A DNA stretch of 64,000 nucleotides. Origin: Candidatus Poribacteria bacterium (lineage in GTDB: Bacteria > Poribacteria > WGA-4E > WGA-3G). The position numbers and the translations under genes are program-made. How positions within the stretch are numbered: position 1 is the stretch's first letter; each line of letters opens with the position of its first letter. The stretch lies in contig OZ240248.1 of NCBI GenBank assembly GCA_965198235.1, forward strand, positions 3,904,001-3,968,000. The letters run 5' to 3'. Below are positions 20,356 through 29,860 of this stretch, in pieces. The notes under the pieces are model-generated. The model did not search any database, was not told the DNA's origin, and saw nothing but the letters and a program-made list of their open reading frames with translations.

Positions 20356-21552
20356 TTAGAGCATCGCGAGATTTGTGAGCAATGCCATACCGTAAACCAT
20401 ACAGATTTCGTCAATGTCGAACTGTGGGTGGTGACACATATTCACGATACCCTTCTCTTCATTGCCTGCACCTACCATCACGAAACACGCTGGAATTTCC
20501 TGTGAATAATATCCGAAATCCTCGCCCCCAAGTATCGGAGACATTGGGAATATGAGATTGTCCCCCCCAACTAACCCTTGCGCTGTGGATACGGCTGTGT
20601 TGACACACGGTTCGTGGTTGTAAGTTACCGGATATCCTTCTCGGTAGTCGAATGTATAAGTTGCGTTGTGTGCATCTGCTAATCCCGCGAGGAGGCTTTC
20701 TAATTGTCCTCGGACTTGTGTCTGCACCGCTTTTTGGAGTGTGCGCACTGTCCCACCTATCAGGACTTTAGGGGGGATGACGTTGAGTGCTGCACCCGTA
20801 AGCCCGTTTTGCAAGTTTGCATCTCCTCCGTGGAGTTGTGTGACGCTGACGACCGCCGAGTCCAGTGGATTCACATTTCTCGCAATGATAGATTGTATTG
20901 CTGTCACGAACTGTGCACTAATAACAATTGGATCAACAGTAAGGTGTGGAAACGCGGCATGTCCACCTCTGCCGGTGAGTGTAATCTGGAAAGTATCAGA
21001 CTGTGCGAGCATTGGACCAAGACATGTAGCGTATTCTCCAACAGCAAAAAGCGGAAAGACGTGTATCCCGTAGATTTCATCCACGTCTTCCAACGCACCG
21101 TCTGCGATCATCGCTGGTGCTCCGCCGGGTAATGCCTCTTCGCTCGGTTGAAAAATAAATCTAACGTGTGTTTTGAGGCTGCTTCGGAACTCGGAAAGGA
21201 TTCGGGCTGTACCGATAAGCATCGCCGTATGTGCATCGTGTCCACAGAGGTGTGCCTTTCCATCAATCTTAGATTTGTAGGGAACATCGGTGAGTTCTTG
21301 AATCGGGAGCGCGTCCATATCCGCGCGTAAGGCGACACGTTTTGTTGCTCCCGGCACTTCTAAATCTCCGACAACACCTGTCCTACCGATACCCGTCTTG
21401 ACAGGGATTTCGAGTGCCTGCAGGGCATCAGCGGCGATACCCGCTGTACGGTGTACATCAAACCCCAATTCAGGATACTGATGAATGTCGCGTCGGATGG
21501 CAACGATGTCGTTGAAATGGCGATGGCACTGTTCAAAAATCTGGTCTTTCAT
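20356..21552 (-). CDS. M20 family amidohydrolase
   Basis: ALRADMDALP, HLCGHDAH, FQPSEE, GGHAA, GGEDF, HHPQF. Confidence 0.92.
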   Translation of the reverse strand: MKDQIFEQCHRHFNDIVAIRRDIHQYPELGFDVHRTAGIAADALQALEIPVKTGIGRTGVVGDLEVPGATKRVALRADMDALPIQELTDVPYKSKIDGKAHLCGHDAHTAMLIGTARILSEFRSSLKTHVRFIFQPSEEALPGGAPAMIADGALEDVDEIYGIHVFPLFAVGEYATCLGPMLAQSDTFQITLTGRGGHAAFPHLTVDPIVISAQFVTAIQSIIARNVNPLDSAVVSVTQLHGGDANLQNGLTGAALNVIPPKVLIGGTVRTLQKAVQTQVRGQLESLLAGLADAHNATYTFDYREGYPVTYNHEPCVNTAVSTAQGLVGGDNLIFPMSPILGGEDFGYYSQEIPACFVMVGAGNEEKGIVNMCHHPQFDIDEICMVYGMALLTNLAML

Positions 21553-21580
21553 TTTTAATTATTTTTCCGAATGTAAGGTA

Positions 21581-21606
21581 TCGCGATCTGGAGGTCGCTC
21601 CTACAG
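21581..21606. repeat. REP-like hairpin remnant
   Basis: TCGCGATCTGGAGGTCGCTCCTACAG; GCGATCT/AGGTCGC stem followed by CCTAC. Confidence 0.4.
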
Positions 21607-21623
21607 CAATGGGTAATGTAAAG

Positions 21624-23195
21624 TTAGAACGTTAGTGTCCGGCGCAGGATACCTTGATGTCCTTGTTCATTTTCAAGTCGATAGATGATAGTATAAACCC
21701 CTGGCATTGTCTGAAAAGCGTCACTATCCAGTATAGGTCTCAATTCTACCTCTGTTGAACCATCATCTGGGATAATTTTTTTCTCAGTGAAAGGACCGTA
21801 ACACCTTTCTCCTAACGGGTTAAGGACTTTCCATGTCAAGGTGAGTTGCTTAGGACGAGGTGGGTTATTGATGTAGATGGTAATTTTATCGTCCATCTGC
21901 TCGTTTTCAAGGTTAAGCGTGCCTAATTTAGAGAACAACTTTACTGTCAAGGTTAGCGGCGGCACATATTCCAGGTATCCTCTACCGGGAATAGCGCGCC
22001 ATGTCCCACCTGTTGCGAGCGCGATCTGTCGGATGGGTAGATAATCGAGTCCAATTACATCGACGCGTACTTGTGCATTTTGTAGGGTTTCAATAACCTG
22101 ATCCAAACTATAAGCCGACCTTCCGTCGTAATCAGCATCGTGAAAAGCACCGTCACTTGCGAGCACGATGAACCGCTGCGCGCCTTTTCGGAATTTGGTC
22201 TCTGTTACCGCAGTCATGAGTCCGTCTAAACCAGCCTCAGCGATGTCTCCACCGCCGTCAACACCTATTTTAAAAAGCCAGTTTTTGAAGGTTCCGAGAT
22301 CGTCAGTACTGCCATATTTTCTTGTTTCATCCGTGAAAGTCACCAATCCAAAAGTAGCATCGCGTCCTTCCCGTTCAAACGCCTCAAAAAGAAAATCGAC
22401 ATAGGCACGAATCCCGCGGATATTATCTGTCATACTCGCCGTTTCATCAAGAACGAAAACAACATCAACTTTTTTCGTCTTACTCGCCTCTGCAAGGGTG
22501 CGGGCAATGTCTTTCATCATATAGACGAAAACGCCTCCTACATTGGCACCGCCGGAGGAGCCTCCGCCTCCCCAAGAATTGCCCATGCCAGTAGCTCGGA
22601 GGGCATCGCCGCGTTCACTACCATAGTGAATTTTCGGCGCGCCGATAGTCGGAGAGTCACCACTTAATAAGGTGTCATCCGTATCTAAAGAAATTGGGTT
22701 GGTTTCCCCTTGTGGTGCTACGTAATCTGTTTCCGACGTGGAGGGCAGTGCCACCGTTGGCTGATTCACTGAATTCACTGTTAATCGACTTTCAGGGGTG
22801 TAATCAGTTGGTTTTCCTACGACAGGATTTAACTGTGATAAACCATCACCGATCTGTCGCGCTCGATTTGCGTTTTCCTGTCTGCGTGTGTCGGGTTTTG
22901 AAACCTCTGATACGTCTTGAGTTTCCAATTGCCAAGTTGCACTCAAACCCGCTTTCGGTTTCGGCGGTGGTTTTGGTTTCTCTTTTGGCACTACGACAGG
23001 TGCAGCGGGTTCAACAAAGGTCGGTTGTTCAATCGGTAGTGGGGGTCGCTCGACGTGGGTTATCGAAACTGCTATCTCGTCATAGAACGGCAGCACAGGC
23101 ACGTGCTGCGGAGCCATCCACCACATTACTAATAACAGTGTAACGTGGATAATGAGTGAGTATATTAGATATAGGGGTGTTCTTCTATTTCTCAT
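21624..23195 (-). CDS. Membrane-anchored vWA domain protein with TonB-like N-terminus
   Basis: TM segment with SLIIH, Pro/Lys-rich linker, MIDAS-like DVVFVLDETASM, GGGDIAE. Confidence 0.8.
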   Translation of the reverse strand: MRNRRTPLYLIYSLIIHVTLLLVMWWMAPQHVPVLPFYDEIAVSITHVERPPLPIEQPTFVEPAAPVVVPKEKPKPPPKPKAGLSATWQLETQDVSEVSKPDTRRQENANRARQIGDGLSQLNPVVGKPTDYTPESRLTVNSVNQPTVALPSTSETDYVAPQGETNPISLDTDDTLLSGDSPTIGAPKIHYGSERGDALRATGMGNSWGGGGSSGGANVGGVFVYMMKDIARTLAEASKTKKVDVVFVLDETASMTDNIRGIRAYVDFLFEAFEREGRDATFGLVTFTDETRKYGSTDDLGTFKNWLFKIGVDGGGDIAEAGLDGLMTAVTETKFRKGAQRFIVLASDGAFHDADYDGRSAYSLDQVIETLQNAQVRVDVIGLDYLPIRQIALATGGTWRAIPGRGYLEYVPPLTLTVKLFSKLGTLNLENEQMDDKITIYINNPPRPKQLTLTWKVLNPLGERCYGPFTEKKIIPDDGSTEVELRPILDSDAFQTMPGVYTIIYRLENEQGHQGILRRTLTF

Positions 23196-23242
23196 TACAT
23201 CAACCTACGGCTTGTCTTCATGGGTCCATGTGCTTAGGACAA

Positions 23243-23578
23243 CTAATATAGACACGCCTCCAAAATGCTTAGTACCTCGTCAAGTACCCAATTAGATGCT
23301 TTTTCAAGGAACTGCACCTGGCGGCTAGCATAATCAACAGATTTAATCTGCTCTACCATGATGTACCCAGTTAGTGAAGAATCATCAGGAATTTTAACAT
23401 GGAACGGAACGTTTCTGAAGGTGTTGGTTATGGGACATACCATGGCAAGTTGAGTCCGGGCGTTAAATAAGGTGTTGCTGACTACCAGCGCGGGGCGCCT
23501 GCCTCTTTGTTCATATCCCGATTGTGGATCGAAGGTGAGGCGCACGAAATCCCCTGCCTGTGGAATATATTTGGGCAT
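23243..23578 (-). CDS. mazF: MazF/PemK endoribonuclease toxin
   Basis: FDPQSGYEQRGRRPALVVS, CPIT, EQIKSVD. Confidence 0.92.
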   Translation of the reverse strand: MPKYIPQAGDFVRLTFDPQSGYEQRGRRPALVVSNTLFNARTQLAMVCPITNTFRNVPFHVKIPDDSSLTGYIMVEQIKSVDYASRQVQFLEKASNWVLDEVLSILEACLY

Positions 23579-23827
23579 TTACCATTCCTCTTTCCCAACA
23601 GGTTTGCCCCAGTCAAGTTCTTCGGGCTGATAGTCTTCTGGCATTTGGGCGAGTAGTGCTTTCAAATCAGCACGTCTATGTGTTCTGGTTGCCATTTCAA
23701 TGATAATTCGGCCGTTCTGGATCGTTACCTGGACTTCATCACCTACGTTCATCTGGGCCGCCTCCAAAATATTCTTCGTAAAGCAAATTCCCTCGCTGTC
23801 TTCTGATTTTTGAATTTTGATTAACAT
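23579..23827 (-). CDS. mazE: MazE/AbrB-type antitoxin
   Basis: AbrB-like fold ending ELDWGKPVGKEEW, abutting mazF; the usual KWGNS motif reads KSEDS here. Confidence 0.85.
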   Translation of the reverse strand: MLIKIQKSEDSEGICFTKNILEAAQMNVGDEVQVTIQNGRIIIEMATRTHRRADLKALLAQMPEDYQPEELDWGKPVGKEEW

Positions 23828-23842
23828 AGTTTACCTCCTTAA

Positions 23843-24796
23843 CTACAAATGAAATTCAACCACATCCCCATCGTAAATGACATCATTGCGACTGACAGAT
23901 TGTCCATCGTGCCACTGGGGTCCCCATATCCGTGCGAACCTGAATTCGGCAAAATCCTTGTGTAACTCCATAGCCGCGTCGAGCACGGTTGAACCTATAG
24001 GGAGAACAATCGGATCATCACGTTCTATGGCTTTGCCGGGTGCTTTGGGATAAATGCGCAAAATGTCCAATTCCGTATAGATTGCTCGCGATAAAGTCTC
24101 TTTGCCGGCACCGGTTTCGGCAGAAATCGGATGAATCTGAAACGTGTCGTCGTAGAATTCTTTGAGAATTTCCAGCCGTTCTTCTGCTCCTGCCGCGTCG
24201 AGTTGATTGGCGACAACGAGGTGTCCATTTTCCGGAGTGTCGCAGTCTGCCTCTTTAAGAAACGCCACCACCATATCAAGGTCATCCAATAGGTTATCGC
24301 TCGCGAGACTTACAATCGTCAGGACAAGGTCGGCGTTCCGAGTGAGCGTTAATACTGTTGATGAAATGAAGTCCAGCATAATAGAAGGCGTATCAATGAG
24401 TTGGAATTGGATGTTTTCATAGCGTAGCATTCCGACTGTTGGCAGAGTCGTCGTATAGGGTGCCGGTGAGACCTCTGGTTTAGCGTTCGTAAGGTTTGAT
24501 AGAATTTGTGATTTACCGCCATTCGGCGGTCCTATGAGGACTATCTGCCCGGCTCCCTGCTTTGGAATGTGTTCGCTGTAGCTTCTTTTACCGGATCCCT
24601 TGCCCCCTTTTTCAGAAGGACCTCTTTTGTGTCTGGCGATACGGCGACGGATATCAGAAACCACCTTCTCTGAACCTTTGTGTTTCGGAATGATGCGTAA
24701 CATTTCCTCTAACAGGCTCAGTCGCTCTTCATCTGTTTTGGCGGCTTCATGCTGGTGCTTGAGTTTATAGTAGGTCGGGGGTAGATTTGCTGGCAT
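23843..24796 (-). CDS. OBG/DRG-family GTPase with C-terminal TGS domain
   Basis: MPANLPP, PKHKGSEK, G1 GPPNGGKS, PYTT, G3 DTPS, TGS region HKDF...FARIWG...DGDVVEFH. Confidence 0.88.
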   Translation of the reverse strand: MPANLPPTYYKLKHQHEAAKTDEERLSLLEEMLRIIPKHKGSEKVVSDIRRRIARHKRGPSEKGGKGSGKRSYSEHIPKQGAGQIVLIGPPNGGKSQILSNLTNAKPEVSPAPYTTTLPTVGMLRYENIQFQLIDTPSIMLDFISSTVLTLTRNADLVLTIVSLASDNLLDDLDMVVAFLKEADCDTPENGHLVVANQLDAAGAEERLEILKEFYDDTFQIHPISAETGAGKETLSRAIYTELDILRIYPKAPGKAIERDDPIVLPIGSTVLDAAMELHKDFAEFRFARIWGPQWHDGQSVSRNDVIYDGDVVEFHL

Positions 24797-24932
24797 TTTT
24801 GTCCACTTCCATCGTCACGCGCAGTTTCAGGAGGCGTCGGTTCTGGGCGAATGAACACTCTCATTTACAATCGCAAAAGGATCTGTTATAATGTGAAGCA
24901 ATTCTTAAATAGGATATACAATTTTCGTTCTT

Positions 24933-26546
24933 ATGTCAAGGCAATTAAGACGAAGTCTACACACTGCTCCAAAAAAATACATAATTTTCCTCCTTGTTAT
25001 ATTTATTTCCTTTCCTATTATGGCGCAAGAGGGCAATCAGTCCTTGAGTCGTGGTGATGAACTGCTCACGTTAGTGCAATCCGATGCTCTTGAAGCACAC
25101 GTCATAGCGTTGCAGGAAAACTTTTCATCAGGACCTCACTTGCGATCCCATCGCACGCGCAACGCGCACCATCGCGAGGCGACGGATGACATTGTGCATT
25201 ACATTAGGAGTCAGTTTAGCCGTTCTCCACGATTGAAAGTCAGTGAGCAGATGTTTGGGGGCATCAGAAACGTAACGGCTATCCTGCCAACGCGGCCAAC
25301 TTCATCCAGCAACCGTATCTTTATCATCTGTGCACATTATGACACGCAGGCTGTGCGTGAACCGAATTGGAATCCATTAACGTCCACTGCCCCCGGAGCA
25401 AATGATAACGGGACAGGTGTTGCTGCGATGCTGGAAATTGCTTACCTTTTAAGTCGCTATGAATACGAACACGAGATAAGGTTTATTGCCTTAGGGGGTG
25501 AGGAACTCGGTTTCCTGGGTAGTCGGCACTATGTTCGGGAGGCTTCCTCTGCAGGTGTGAGTGGTGAGACTGACCCTATCCCTGTTCCCGAAAAGATCGT
25601 TGGTGTTTTTAATCTGGACATGTTGGGTTTCAATTGGAAAACCGACCTTGTTGAAATTGTTACCAACAACGATTCTGCGTGGATAAGCCGTGCTCTCATA
25701 ATTGCGAACACATGGTACAACATCGGTTTGAAAATCCGCCGAACTCAAGATGAATTCATTGATATTTCCGCTCACAAATCGTTTTGGGATGGCGGTTACG
25801 ATGCCGTCACTTTAACTGAGAGTTCGACCCCGTGGCGGGATTCTCAAAATTACGATGCCAATCCTTTCTATCGGACATCTAAGGATACCGCGGATAAAGT
25901 TAATTTCGGTTTGGTGAGAAAAGTAACGCAACTTGTGCTCGTTACGATGGACAGTCTTCTCACATCTATGTTCCATCCGACACGACAAATTCCACAAGTA
26001 ACATTGGAAGTTCCATCGAGCACCAAAGAGGATAAATTGGAAATTAAGGGGACGTTTCGTTCAGGTTTTCCAATTGATGTTATTGTCTATCCGAGTCAGA
26101 CGCTGGCGGTTTTGGATCGAGAGACGCAAACCTATACTGCAACAGTGCCATTACACCCCGGGGAGAACACCCTCCGCGTGACGGCGCGCTATCCGCTCGG
26201 TGCGGTCTCAGTCGCGAAGTCCGTTATTTTGACGCAGGCGTTTGCTTGGGAAGATGTGGTTGTGTTTCCTAACCCCGCACGTTCAGACGGTTTGACTGAA
26301 TTTCGAGTTGCAGCAAATGTAGATATAACAGACCTGCAGGTACTTATCTATGATTCGGGCGGTAATCTGATAAAGCGGATTGAAGGAGTCGCTGACAGGC
26401 TGGATCAACGTATCTGGCGGACATGGTGGAATCAGCAAACCTCTTACGGGTTAGCAGTATCCCCAGGTGTTTATGTCTGCCATATCTCGGTTGTTTCAAA
26501 AGGAGAGACGTACACTTATCTGGAGAAATTGGCGATTTTTCGGTAG
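24933..26546 (+). CDS. Secreted M28 family peptidase-like protein with T9SS-CTD/FlgD-like C-terminal domain
   Basis: AHYD, GANDNGTG, GEELGFLGS, NLDM; C-terminal VFPNP...IYD..G.LI...SPGVY...KLAIFR. Confidence 0.85.
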   Translation: MSRQLRRSLHTAPKKYIIFLLVIFISFPIMAQEGNQSLSRGDELLTLVQSDALEAHVIALQENFSSGPHLRSHRTRNAHHREATDDIVHYIRSQFSRSPRLKVSEQMFGGIRNVTAILPTRPTSSSNRIFIICAHYDTQAVREPNWNPLTSTAPGANDNGTGVAAMLEIAYLLSRYEYEHEIRFIALGGEELGFLGSRHYVREASSAGVSGETDPIPVPEKIVGVFNLDMLGFNWKTDLVEIVTNNDSAWISRALIIANTWYNIGLKIRRTQDEFIDISAHKSFWDGGYDAVTLTESSTPWRDSQNYDANPFYRTSKDTADKVNFGLVRKVTQLVLVTMDSLLTSMFHPTRQIPQVTLEVPSSTKEDKLEIKGTFRSGFPIDVIVYPSQTLAVLDRETQTYTATVPLHPGENTLRVTARYPLGAVSVAKSVILTQAFAWEDVVVFPNPARSDGLTEFRVAANVDITDLQVLIYDSGGNLIKRIEGVADRLDQRIWRTWWNQQTSYGLAVSPGVYVCHISVVSKGETYTYLEKLAIFR

Positions 26547-26557
26547 TGAAGAACGCT

Positions 26558-26587
26558 TTGACAAATACCGAGAAACTGTGTTAAAAT
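26558..26587 (+). promoter_or_regulatory. Sigma70-type promoter
   Basis: TTGACA-18 nt-TAAAAT with a TG extension, upstream of the Rieske gene. Confidence 0.55.
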
Positions 26588-26600
26588 AGACTACACAAAA

Positions 26601-28424
26601 ATGGAGATAAAGGGGGATCGGACGATGGCTGAACAGACAAGGCACGAACTAAACGCCCATTACAGTGGGGCAGGATTCATTGAATGTGCTGAGGTATCAG
26701 AAATTCCTGACGAAGGTGTTATCGCTGTCAATGTCGCGGGACAACCCATTGCTTTGGCAAAAAGCGACGGAAAAATTTTCGCAGTGGACAATCGTTGCCC
26801 GCACATGGGCTATCCGCTTAACCGTGGGAGCGTCCACGATGGCATCCTGATTTGCCATTGGCATCACGCGATGTTCGATCTGGCAAGTGGTTGCACCTTT
26901 CACCCGTTCGCGGATGATGTTCAACCCTACCCTATCGAAATCCGGGAGGGTAAGGTCTACGTCGATGTCAGTGCCAATGGTGCAAATGCTATTGAACGGT
27001 GGAAGGGACGACTCCGTGAAGGTCTTGAGCAGAGCATTAATCTTATCCTCGCGAAGTCGGTTATCGCACTTCGAGCACTGGACACTGCGCCTGATACTAT
27101 CGTTGAAGTTGGTGCACTTTACGGGGCGCGCGGTAGACGCGCAGGATGGGGACCCGCTATGACAATTCTCACCTGCATGGCAAACGTTGCTGAAAAATTA
27201 TCGGATGCCGACAAGGTTCTTGCACTCTATCAAGGGTTACTCCATGTTTCCGATGAGACTTCATCGTCAGCACCGCGGATTGCATTGGCAGAACTCGAAA
27301 CCGATACCCACTCGTTAGCGCAGCTGAAAACATGGTTCCGATATTTCATTGAAGTTCGCAATGCTGATGGTGCGGAACGGACGATTATGACTGCAATTGC
27401 CAACGGCGCGACCGAGGCACAAGTCTGTGATATGATGGTAGCAGCGGCAACAGACCATTTTTATCGAGACGGTGGACATACGCTCGATTTTATCAATAAA
27501 GCCTTTGAACTCCTTGAACGAATCGGTTGGGAGAAGGCTGACCAGATGATACCTACACTCGTTGGGATGCTGTCAAGTTCGTCCCGCGCCGAGGAAGAGA
27601 ATCGGTGGCGCAGTCCAATTGACTTTGTTCCGGTACTTAGAGAAACTTTTGATGAACTTGAAGCACTCGTGGCAGCAGGCAAAGACAAAACTTGGAAGGG
27701 TAGTGATGCGTTAGTTGAGGTCCTACTTGCTGATGCGCCACTTGAAACGATCACTGCAATCAAGTGTGCTATCCAAGACGGAGCAACACTGACTGGGTTA
27801 ACCCAGACTCTGACTTATGCTGCGGCACTCCGTATCGCGCAATTCCACACGAAAAACGAATTTGGGGATTGGATTGCAGTACTGCACACCTACACCTACT
27901 GCAATGCCCTTCATCAGTGCGCTAAACGCGCGCCGTCAGTGGAGACTATCCGTGGGATTTTTCATGGTGCGATGGCTATCTACTTTGATCGGTGGTTCAA
28001 TATGCCCGCGGCGCGTCTACCGCAACACCGGCGGGAAACTGATACACTTCCTACAGACGCTGATACGCTCTTGGAAGAGTTTGTCGCGATCCTTGACACA
28101 CAGGCACAAGTGGATAAGGCAGGGATGTACATCTATAGGTATCTGTCGCTTGGGCATCCTCGTGAAGCATTGTTGGAGAGACTCGGTCATATTCTCCTAC
28201 GCGAAGATGCGGAGTTCCACTCTTTCCAGATGCTGGAGGCAGCCTTTCAACAGGCAGAGGAATTGGACGAAGCACGCGCTCAGATGACGCTCGTGGCGGC
28301 ATCACGCTATCTCGCGGCGCATGCACCAACTGCACGCGCTCGCCGGCAGACTGCGAACCTCGCACTCCGCTTACACCGAGGTGACGATCTGTCCGCGGAC
28401 AACCCAGATGAAGCGGTAGATTAA
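26601..28424 (+). CDS. Rieske 2Fe-2S domain fused to a large helical domain of unknown function
   Basis: CPHMG...CHWH Rieske ligands followed by about 480 aa of helical sequence. The start may be ATG 26625. Confidence 0.85.
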   Translation: MEIKGDRTMAEQTRHELNAHYSGAGFIECAEVSEIPDEGVIAVNVAGQPIALAKSDGKIFAVDNRCPHMGYPLNRGSVHDGILICHWHHAMFDLASGCTFHPFADDVQPYPIEIREGKVYVDVSANGANAIERWKGRLREGLEQSINLILAKSVIALRALDTAPDTIVEVGALYGARGRRAGWGPAMTILTCMANVAEKLSDADKVLALYQGLLHVSDETSSSAPRIALAELETDTHSLAQLKTWFRYFIEVRNADGAERTIMTAIANGATEAQVCDMMVAAATDHFYRDGGHTLDFINKAFELLERIGWEKADQMIPTLVGMLSSSSRAEEENRWRSPIDFVPVLRETFDELEALVAAGKDKTWKGSDALVEVLLADAPLETITAIKCAIQDGATLTGLTQTLTYAAALRIAQFHTKNEFGDWIAVLHTYTYCNALHQCAKRAPSVETIRGIFHGAMAIYFDRWFNMPAARLPQHRRETDTLPTDADTLLEEFVAILDTQAQVDKAGMYIYRYLSLGHPREALLERLGHILLREDAEFHSFQMLEAAFQQAEELDEARAQMTLVAASRYLAAHAPTARARRQTANLALRLHRGDDLSADNPDEAVD

Positions 28425-28505
28425 TTGGGTGCAATTACACTGTGCACGGATGCCTCCTGAAATAAGGTGTAATATTGAGAGCATTTGACTAAGGGAGACA
28501 CTTTG

Positions 28506-29852
28506 ATGAGAAAAAGTATAGATTTCTGTATTCTCTTGTTATCTACTGTAGTCTTGGTTTCTTCTTGTGCCCAACCGATTAACCAACAGCGCGATCTGGA
28601 ACTGTTGACTGCTTTTGAAAATGCGTTTGTGAATGTTGTGGCTCGAAGTAAACCCGCAATTGTTGGTGTTTTCGTCAGAGGTATGGAAGAGTCTAAATCT
28701 CAAGATCGCGTTGGTTCGGGCTTTATTTTTCGTAAAGAGGGGTACATTCTTACAAACCATCATGTTGTTCATGCTGCGAGATATATCACAGTAACGTTGT
28801 TGGACGGTAGTAGGCTTGAGGCAGAGCTCGTCGGTACAGATCAAAACACGGATGTCGCGGTTCTAAAGATTGAGCGGGATGAAGCGTTTCCTGTCATCCC
28901 GTTGGCTGATTCCTCAACGGTTCGGGTAGGGCAATTTGCAATTGCTATCGGCAATCCGTTTGGACTCGATTATACCGTGACAACAGGTGTTGTGAGTGGT
29001 AAGAGTCGTTCGATTCTCCGAGGTTTTAGTTTTATTCGATACCAAGACTTCATTCAAACAGATGCTTGGATTAATACCGGTAGTAGCGGAGGACCGTTGC
29101 TGAATATCCGCGGTGAGGTAATCGGTATCAACGCATTAATTCGGCGCGTTGATAACAATGAAAATACGCCGGCTCCAGCGATGGCAGGTGCGGGATTTGC
29201 TATTCCGATTAATCTCGTTAAGACCGTTGGCGATCAACTCATTGCGAATGGACGTGTCATTCGTGGTTACCTTGGGGTCTTTATGCGGGAGGTAAAAGGG
29301 GGCATTCGGGTCAGACCTGGCGGCACGGATACACCGGCATATCTCGGCGGTTTACGGCGCAACGATATTATTTATGAATACAATGGCAAGAGGGTGCAAA
29401 AACCTGTTGAACTCCAAATGCTCGTTGCTGATTCACAAGTAGGTGAGCGATCTGTTATCAGGGTTCTGAGGCAGGGACATGAGAGAACATTCAATGTAAC
29501 TATTGGAGAAATGCCACCCCAATACACCGGACAATCTGTTGAAATCGAATCTATCTCATGGAAAAAACTTGGATTGGCAATTCGGAAATTGGAGGCAGGA
29601 GATTTTGAGAGGTATACGTACCTGACCGATGAAGATCGTGGTGTTATTGTTGAAAGCGTTAAGGAACAGGCACCTGGATACAAGGCAAGAATTCCAAACG
29701 GGGCACTTATTATCGCGATTAATGACCAGAAAATCACGGACGTGCGGACTTTCGAGGCATTTCTTCAGACGAATCAAGATGCCGAGGAATTAATCCTTAA
29801 CATTAAAAGCAGTCATGGTACAGAGAGAATAACTGTTAACCTCGAAAATTAG
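28506..29852 (+). CDS. HtrA/DegP-family serine protease with two PDZ domains, probable lipoprotein
   Basis: VSSC lipobox, GSGF, TNHHVV, DVAVL, IQTDAWINTGSSGGPL, two PDZ-like regions. Confidence 0.92.
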   Translation: MRKSIDFCILLLSTVVLVSSCAQPINQQRDLELLTAFENAFVNVVARSKPAIVGVFVRGMEESKSQDRVGSGFIFRKEGYILTNHHVVHAARYITVTLLDGSRLEAELVGTDQNTDVAVLKIERDEAFPVIPLADSSTVRVGQFAIAIGNPFGLDYTVTTGVVSGKSRSILRGFSFIRYQDFIQTDAWINTGSSGGPLLNIRGEVIGINALIRRVDNNENTPAPAMAGAGFAIPINLVKTVGDQLIANGRVIRGYLGVFMREVKGGIRVRPGGTDTPAYLGGLRRNDIIYEYNGKRVQKPVELQMLVADSQVGERSVIRVLRQGHERTFNVTIGEMPPQYTGQSVEIESISWKKLGLAIRKLEAGDFERYTYLTDEDRGVIVESVKEQAPGYKARIPNGALIIAINDQKITDVRTFEAFLQTNQDAEELILNIKSSHGTERITVNLEN

Positions 29853-29860
29853 GGGTAGAC

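Noticed and set aside
28506-29852. HtrA GSSGG instead of GNSGG as a sign of an inactive protease
   Set aside because: The catalytic His, Asp and Ser are all retained.
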